A stretch of 64,000 bases of DNA from NCBI GenBank assembly GCA_964035545.1, contig OZ037770.1:15366642-15430641 (forward strand), given 5' to 3'. The notes under the pieces were generated by a model. The model worked only from the letters and a program-made list of their open reading frames with translations, had not been told where the DNA came from and ran no database searches. This document shows, one piece after another, positions 55,301 through 64,000 of the stretch. How positions within the stretch are numbered: the first letter of the stretch is position 1; each line of letters opens with the position of its first letter. A program made the translations under genes and the position numbers. This DNA is from Bugula neritina (lineage: Eukaryota > Animalia > Bryozoa).

Positions 55301-56598
55301 CCTTTAACGCAAATATAAGAGATAGAAACATCAAGCTATAATCATGCAGTTGTAATTTGAATATTTCTGTCACTATTTTTTTTAAAAAATGAAGTACTGG
55401 TTTTGCAAATCAAAAGAGTTAAATAAATAAAATTACACTATATATTAGGCATAACTCCAAGCTGTGATGCTTATACCAATATTTGATGCATAGAAATTGC
55501 TGCTTGTATATTTACAATATGTTACATTAAAATGGTATTTAACTTTTGATTTGTCTTCTTTTTAACTCTTGTTTTAAACCATCCCTAAATTAATTTGAAG
55601 CTGTCTTGTTATAGCATCTTACAGTCTGAGTTTTTATTGGTTGTTAGAATAATTTTACAAACTTTTTGCAATAAACTAACTTAAAAAATTAAACCAAATA
55701 CCTGTTCTTAACTTTTTATGAATTATTTACAAAATATGTCACTGTTTAATTGAAAACAGTTACAAAACATTATAAAATATACACAACGTTTTCGTTTTGC
55801 TAAATAATATAATATATTGCACACCTTTGATTAGAATCTGAGGCAATATATTACAGATTCCATTGCATTTCTGGGCATTGTATTGCAACACAATAGCAAA
55901 TTAAAGTTTTAGTGACTGGGAATTGCAATCAAAAAGCAATATGAATTATTTACAAAAATTAATGTTAAAACGAAAAACAACTGGTTTAATGCTGTTTCAA
56001 CAAAATGCTACAAGCTAAAGCAGCTTTCACCGTTTATATAAATATTTATTTGTTTATATTATTGCGATATTAATTCGTTGAAAAGCAAAAGTGTTTTGAA
56101 TGATAAATAGTCACAATATAATATTTTCAAGGCCATGACTATTATCATTGCTATAACTCATAGTTGTTTTTGACAGTAAGTTTATTTTATGATACTTATT
56201 GACGTATAGAGTATATAGGATGTTTTGTTAATATGCTTTACATATATTATATGTCTTCATATATATGAAAATTTAAATAAATAAAATGTAGCAGCATGCA
56301 GAGTGTTGTAAGAATAAATTGCCAAACTTGAAGCTTTTTTTAGGTTCTTTTTTGATTAATTAATAAATTCAAGACAAGCTTCACCTAATTACTCAGTATA
56401 AAAATATTCCTTATATATTATAGCTTTTATTTATTTTAGGGTTGTTATGATCAATTAGTTTGAAGTTTTTAGCCAATTATAGAACTGTTATGGGAAAAGT
56501 ACCAGCAAGTATATATAAATGAATGAGTTAACCATACACAAGCATTACATGTAAAACTTTGGTTTCAGTAGCAGCTGCCATATACAGAGGGAATTAAA

Positions 56599-57335
56599 AT
56601 GAAGTTCGCAATCATTGCTCTGTTTGTTTTAGCATTTGCTTGCTTTTATGCATCTGGAACAGGTAAGTTTATACATACAATCAATGCATGTTAATTCATT
56701 TTAAGATAAAATGCATAGTTTTGAAATAGTAATTTAAATGTGGAAATCAAGGTCAACATATATATAGAGCTTTTATGTATTTATATAACAACTTCAAAAT
56801 TTGCTCAATGTTTTTTGTATGAAAATGTGCAATACAAGAAAAGATCAATTTTGGCATAGAAAATCTGCAATAATTTGTCAAAACAAATCTGCTTCTTATT
56901 ATCTACCAATATCTATATATAATAGTTGCACGATAATATATTTTATTGAGTATAAATTCTGCAAGCTGTACGCTTTCTATAATTTAAAAGCACTTACTAG
57001 ATATAGCTTTAATCCATTTTGAAAAAAACACACAGATTACAAAAGAATTTTGCCCAACAGATGATTATTATTTGAGTATTTAATTTCATTTAGCATGCAA
57101 AAACTAAAACGAGGTATATTTGTTAGCTATGCTTATTTTATTTTTCAAAAACTAAAATATTCTGTTTAATATAGTTTTTCCTTATTATGTGTACGGGACC
57201 TGCCCAGGACCAGATGCCTTTGGATTCTGTCGGCTGAACTGTACAGATCACTCTGACTGTGGTGTGGCAATGCTATGCTGCTACAACAGGTGCGGGCGCA
57301 AGACATGCGTCCCATCACTTCCCTTCGATTTATAA
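56599..57335 (+). CDS. Secreted single WAP-domain peptide; exons 56599-56662, 57175-57335
   Basis: MKFAIIALFVLAFACFYASGT | VFPYYVYGTCPGPDAFGFCRLNCTDHSDCGVAMLCCYNRCGRKTCVPSLPFDL*. Confidence 0.9.
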
Positions 57336-58769
57336 AAGATGAAGACACATTGCTATATCAATTGTATAATTGGAATATTTCTCCTATTATGGTTTTAAAC
57401 ATCATTATGGTACTAATTTAACAAATTAAAAGAGTTAAATGAATGGAATTGAGTCTGACCTTTGTCATTTGAAGCATATATATTATAAAAATTGCCAAAT
57501 GTATATTTAAAATAAGTTGCATTAAAGTGGTATTAAACTTTTGATTTGTCTTCTTTTTTTTCCTTTGTTTTAGACCATCTCTGAGCTAAATTTAGCTTTT
57601 CACAAATATCTTTTCATGACATCTTACATCCTGAGCTTTTATTACAGCTGCTGAATAATTCTAAAATTGTTGTAATAAACCAACAGCAAGATAAACCAAG
57701 TGCTTATTTTTAATTTTTATAAAATATTTACAAAGAATGTTACTCCTTATTTGAGAATATAGTATATTTGTATCGGTTTGTGTTTGTGTCTGGTTGCAAG
57801 ATATGCTTTAACTGCTAGCCAACTTGGCAACGGGTTTTCGAGTTTATTAACTGTCAAATCGTACCCTATAAAATGGGAAACATTAGAAATTGTATAAATA
57901 AGTAGTCACAATATAAATCAAAATTCAGAGGAACACTATGAATATTACAGAACCAAAAAATTGACATGAACTATTATAATTCTAATAAACTTACAATATT
58001 GATGCGTGGATAAAAATCTTAGCCATCACAATGCTGAAACCGATAGTTTATTCATACAAAGAGTGTAAATATGGCGGTTTGATCATGATACACTGACTCA
58101 TGCAGTACAGTGAATGAACTAGCTCTGCCAGCTAATAGTAGCTTTGGTGAAAGCTTTTGAAGCTTGAAAGCTTTAATGATTGGCTGCCTGCCAATACATC
58201 TGGGTGGCATACCAATACAATATTACTTTACAAAATACATACTTGCGCTTTGCAAAATAATAATATAATATTGCAAAACTTTGATTATAATATGTGAAGC
58301 AACATCACGTATTTCACTGCATGGTACTGCAACACAATACCAGTGAAGCAGTAAGAATGGGCATTGAGGTCAAAGGGCAATCTGTATTCCTTAGAAATTA
58401 CTAGCTGCTATACGCTCAATAATGCAGCTTTAATAACATGTTGCAAACTATAAACAATTTATACCATATTTTATAAAAATATTTATTTATTTATTATTGC
58501 AATATCACTTTATTAAAAATAAGTAGAATTTCTTAAATAATGAATAATCAATATTAGTTCCAAGGCCAACTGTATATATTGTTTTTGAAGGAAGATAAGT
58601 TTATAAATCATGGCATGATGCAATATGGTTGCCAAATCATGATAAGAGTAGTGCTACATGCTCTGATAATATTGATTATAGCAAAACTGAGTATATGCAT
58701 AAATGCATATATATTCACACAAGCTATATATAGAGTGGAAATCTTGTAAACAAATATCATTAGCAGAGT

Positions 58770-58951
58770 TTTGCCAGCCAAACTTGTTGAGGGTATCAAG
58801 AACCTAAGCTGATCGAGCTAATTAAGTGAGAAATGTAGTTTGCCATACATTCAGTTTACACTAGCATTTTCTTTGATGTGTTTTTGTACGTCCCTGAGCC
58901 GTGTGAACAGCTACTAACTTATATAACAGTTTATTGCATGTTGGTTTAAGT
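58770..58951. mobile_element. Inverted copy of the 54003-54186 repeat
   Basis: Reverse-complement similarity over about 185 bp. Confidence 0.75.
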
Positions 58952-59347
58952 TTGGTTTTCACCTGCTATCTTATAATATTAATATTAACAAACGTTTTGC
59001 AAATTAAACCATGCATATAATTTGGTTTTGTTCTAAATATAAAAATATATTTTGCCTAGATTTTCATTTGAGCAAGAGTTTTTACAAGCAAGCTTATGAT
59101 AATAACATGCAAGAGCTCTAAATTAGTGTTCAAAAATATGATACTGGTTTTTCACAAACTAAGTTAATGTATGAAAATGGAATTCATTTGGTAATGTTGA
59201 ATAGGTATTGGCATGCCGGGTTACTGCTATTATTGCCATTACCAAGATACTATATATAGGATATAACATTTCCATTACTAATTGATATCAAAATGAGATG
59301 CAACTGATACTACGAATGTGGGACTGTGGTAAACTTTCATCATATCT

Positions 59348-59440
59348 GCCTTTGGGCATGTGGGTGAACATGTGATATAGTAACTCAGACCACAGGATAA
59401 ACTGGAAATGCTGTTATAATAGATGCAGTTACACTCGTTC
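59348..59440 (+). pseudogene. Relic WAP exon
   Basis: GCCTTTGGG..TGT..ACATGT.. then, in another frame, KCCYNRCSYT, resembling AFGFC..CCYNRCG of the 56599 gene; contains stops and frameshifts. Confidence 0.5.
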
Positions 59441-60502
59441 CTCTATACGGAACCTAATATTTAGTATAGCTGAAGTTGCAGAGCTCTTGAAGATTATTTA
59501 TTTCATACAGTGACTTTTGATTAAATTAGTTTTTCAGACTGGTATTTTAATATAATTATATTAGCTATAACGAGTTATTTTCATTTTTCTTAGAATACTT
59601 CACAAAGTGTCAAGTATATGTAGAAGAACCAGCTTGTTTCACATTATGCTTTATAAATAAGTGACAAGAGTATAAATAACATTATATCTAAATGTTACCG
59701 CAATTGACACGTATGTGTATTCATATATATATTCAAATAGTCATACAATAAACTGTGAGCTACTGATTCAGTATTATAGTCCTCTGTGATATACCTTTGA
59801 ACCACTTTGCACAGACTCACTTTTTTGCTGAATATAACATGATAATACAATACAAGTTAATATGTAAAGGTATAGGATTTTATCTGCCGTTTACTAAAAG
59901 GTTACAATGAGATATTATCTAAAACAGACTAATTTGAATCAATAAGTAATTCTAAATTAACATAAATATAGTTGCCCTTAAACATTTACCAAATAATTTT
60001 TTCAAGGCTTTAAACCTTATAGGTTCGGCATTTTTTCATACTTGACCTAGTTTTCAAACATCTAAATAAAAACCTAAACTTTGGCACTATATATATAGTT
60101 ATATAGCAACTTTATTTTTGAATGCAAAATATGGCATCACTGAGTGTCAAGATATAAAAGTATACCAGCTTAATTTAGATCGTTTTTATAAATAAATGAT
60201 ATTATGCAATTTTGGTTATATAATGTTATATACATGCATGCAGTAATTAAAAGTGCTGGTATACATTAATTACAAATAATATTCTGTTTAGTATTTTCAA
60301 ACTAGTTTCTACAGCCATTCACCTTCCTTTTGAAATTACATAATGCAGTGAGTATTTAGTATTTAAGTTTATTTATAGAAACATTGCTTTGTTTAGGATA
60401 GTTTGCTCTCAGAAATTCAAATTTTTAAGTTTGAATTTAAATTATATTTAAAAGAAAATTTTTCGAACATTCAACATTAAAAAAGTTTGAAAATCTAAGC
60501 TC

Positions 60503-60546
<44 letters not shown>

Positions 60547-60631
60547 ATTACTTTACCTAATAAAGTAATAAATCAACAATTTTTCTCGTATACCTATTTA
60601 TAATCAAATTGCTAGCTCGTAAAGATATATT

Positions 60632-60693
<62 letters not shown>

Positions 60694-60980
60694 AAAGCAT
60701 TTCAATGCCGCATATCAGTTTACTTTGCCGTGTATTCATTGAAGGAAATAAGGAAAAGGCTGCTAAATCATATTGTACTAACACAACATACACTCGCTGC
60801 ATTTCCTGGTACACTGTTATAACGAGATGTTTATTAATATGTCATTTCCTTTTATAGTAGTATATAGCTAGTATACCATGCAGCAAATATATATATATAT
60901 AAAGAAAGGGTTCGCCTATACACTAGCATTACTAGTACACAAGTGGTTTGAATATCAGCTGTTATACAGAAAGAATTAAA

Positions 60981-61744
60981 ATGAAGTTCACAATCTTCAC
61001 TCTGTTTGTCTTTGCGTTTGCTTGTCTTTACACATCTGAGGCTGGTAAGTTTATGTATAATGTCAACCATAAATTTTAATTTATTCTAAGATAAAATGTA
61101 ATACTTGAATATAATATAGCTCAAGTGTGATATTCACAGTCACAGCATTTCATTAGCAAGCTTTAAACTCATATAATTTGTTCTGCATATATAGACATCC
61201 ACAACAGTGAAATACATTGTGTAATAGAATTAAGGTTTTTATGTACATTATCCTTTTTCACCACAAAATTGTGCCTATTTATCCTGAACCTGTCTATATA
61301 AAATCTTACAAAAGAAATTGTACAAAATATAAAGGCCGTCGTCATATTCTATTTTAAGAGAATGATATTAGTCAAGCAAATATTTTTTAAAATGACCAAC
61401 TTTTAAAAATTTTATATGCAGCAGTGGAATAATTATTTTTAAATATATTTTGATTTTATTTTATATAATGTAAATACAAACAGCCATGCATGCATGGGAT
61501 CACATATAACCAAATTTTGTCAAGTGACACATTTATTAGCTCTTTTAAGCCACAATATGAAAAGGAAAAGTTATAACAGCTGCTGGTAATTTCAGGTGTG
61601 GTTGGAGTTTGCCCTCCATCTAGTGACTTTGGAATCTGTCTGCAAGAATGTACAAGTCACCTTCAGTGTAGTGGAGGACAGCTATGTTGCTACAACGGTT
61701 GCGGGCGAACATGCACTCCTCCCGACGCCATATATAAGAGATAA
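60981..61744 (+). CDS. Secreted single WAP-domain peptide; exons 60981-61044, 61596-61744
   Basis: MKFTIFTLFVFAFACLYTSEA | GVVGVCPPSSDFGICLQECTSHLQCSGGQLCCYNGCGRTCTPPDAIYKR*. Confidence 0.92.
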
Positions 61745-62211
61745 AGGCACCCGGCTATTAATTGTGTTTAAAAATTGTATGCTCATTAAATTAATTTTTT
61801 GAAGCAATAGCAATATTTTGCAAAGTTCGAAAGCTATAAATAAATTCAATTCAATATATTATACTCTGCATGGTGCTTACAGAAACAATTAAAGCATAGA
61901 AAACTGCTTTATGTAGCCAGGATAATTTAAATCAAATTGATAACTAATTCAATTTAATTCTCTCTCATCAAGACAATAGTTGTCTGTAATATGTTGAAAC
62001 CACTAATTGACAAATATTCACAATGCTGCTGCATGATGGGTAGAAATCAAACTAGCACATGCTATGGCTCTTCATAGTCTGAGTGTTGACATTTGCTAAG
62101 GCTACACTGACAAGAACTCAAACAGGCATATGAATTATTCAGGAAATCCTAATTTACAGAAAGTCCAAATAATATAACTACCTTTGAAACTCTATAACCT
62201 ACATACTCCAG

Positions 62212-62350
62212 GTACAGCCACACCTTGTCCATCAGTCCTTGCAGACTCTGCAAGAATTGTGGGAGAAAATGTCACAAAGATTCTGATTGCAAACGAGACA
62301 AGAGTAGTTGCTCCACCGAGTTTGGAGTTCTCTGTAGAGTTAGTTTCTTG
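62212..62350 (+). pseudogene. Orphan frameshifted WAP exon
   Basis: ccag|GTATPCPSVLADSAR then shifted NCGRKCHKDSDCKRDKSSCSTEFGVLCRV; no signal exon of its own. Confidence 0.7.
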
Positions 62351-62926
62351 GGAAATAAATCAATTTTTATTATTAAGTTTCACAGCTATTAAATAAAATA
62401 TATGTCTGTTGTACAAGACTTCATGATTTCACAATATAAATGATTGAAATCATTACATATAACATTCTTATACAATTTTATTTAGTTTTTTTACCTAAAG
62501 TTTGGCATCTAACTGCCTGTATCTAAATATATCCTGCCATCATGTTACATATATCAGCTCTCCCAGAGCACCATACTAATTATTATACTTATAAAAGTAC
62601 ATCCAACCTGTTGACAAGAAAAGTGCATCACCATTTGGGTGTGGATTAAAAAATATGGGCTCATACCATCTTTGTACAATCATTAGGTATGTTGTAACAA
62701 GGTTGTCATAGTTACTGATTGCATATCTAGTATAATGGTGGTTGTGGAATGTCTGGCATATTCATGTATGCCCACATATAGAAAAATCTCTTTATAAAGT
62801 TCTACGGAAGGGATTATATATATCTAAGCATATTAAGTAGTGAACTTTAGGTAGTGAAAGTTGTGTTGAACATACAGAAGCACTGCTAGTTAAACTCGAT
62901 CTCTTTATACAACAGCAACTGCAACA

Positions 62927-63576
62927 ATGAAATTCTTCGCTTTTACTTTGTTTCTACTTGCTTTCCTTTGGGTTCAAGGCACCGAGTCCTGTAAGTATAT
63001 GTAACGCAGCTCATAGGACTTCAGGCTAAATATAAAATCTAAGTCACAAAACTAAACACTCAATTGGTAAATAACCTGTTCATCATTAGTTTAACTTTAA
63101 TTTGTTTTGGCTAGTAGTTTGAGTAAATCTGTACTTTATTGCAGCTATAGTATAGCATGCTTACTATTAGTAATTGAGAAAAAACTTAAGACGTGTTTTG
63201 AAATGTTTTCATAATATAAAGTGCTCAACAATCTACTTAAATATTTTGACAGTCATTCATCGCCATTGAAATTAAAACTTTGTCTAAAAGCAGCACCATG
63301 CAGATAGAAAACTAAAAGTTGCTGGGTTTTCATTTTTGTTGAATTAACCTAACTGTAACCTATAACACACAGAATGATACTCATGTCATGTGCTTCTGTA
63401 TGTGTCTATGAAATATAAATTGAATTTTAGAAGTATTAAAGGGTTGTCCCCCTCCTACTCAGCACGGGATTTGTGCAGAAACGTGTGACGATGACCTGGA
63501 TTGCCCAGGAAATTAAATTTGCTGCAGAAGTGGCTGCTGGAGCAGTTGCGAGCGCCCCCAACTATCGCAAGGATAG
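62927..63576 (+). pseudogene. WAP gene with a premature stop; exons 62927-62990, 63434-63576
   Basis: MKFFAFTLFLLAFLWVQGTES | LLKGCPPPTQHGICAETCDDDLDCPGN*ICCRSGCWSSCERPQLSQG*; TAA at 63514-63516, all 8 Cys retained. Confidence 0.85.
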
Positions 63577-64000
63577 ACTGCTGAGGCTAAATAGATGCTC
63601 ATATTGTATACTATTATACTTGTATAAGAGTTGTGCTGATAATATATCTTCATTTTGAGAACTTGTATTGACTTTCTACAATAAAAACACACACAGCTGT
63701 TGTGTACTAAAATAACAATATTTAAACATGATTATAATAATATAATATAAAGAATAAAATATAATATAATATTGTAATGACTATAATGTAGCATAATATT
63801 ATAATGAATATAATGTAATATAATAATATAATGAATATAATATAATATAATAATATCATGAATATAATATAATATAATAGTATAATTAATATAATATAAT
63901 ATAATAATATAATGAAAAAAATATAACATATAGGAGCAAATGTCGGACTTGTCAAAATGATAAAGAATTTTCTTAAATCATTCAAACTAAGACCTCTCCA

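Overview
AT-rich eukaryotic (probably invertebrate animal) genomic DNA; the organism cannot be determined from the sequence. The ORF track is mostly microsatellite noise. Manual splicing shows the window is one co-oriented (+ strand) tandem array of about 29 small two-exon gene units encoding secreted peptides. Intact units have a 58-73 nt exon 1 (MK-hydrophobic signal peptide), a phase-1 GT-AG intron and an exon 2 carrying the mature peptide; most have an upstream TATA-like box. I read 17 units as intact, 3 as questionable, 8 as pseudogenes or relics, plus one spare signal exon. The mature peptides form a structural series: canonical 8-Cys WAP/four-disulfide-core domains; collagen (Gly-X-Y)n fused to a WAP-derived domain lacking the C2-C7 pair; short Gly-X-Y loops inside a 6-Cys core; a WAP lacking the C1-C6 pair; a knottin-pattern peptide; and Cys-free short peptides. 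The array shows birth-and-death turnover and hyperdivergent mature exons beside conserved signal exons. Long palindromes and microsatellites sit at apparent rearrangement breakpoints, and several non-autonomous transposons are present. All translations and alignments were done by eye; functions are inferred.
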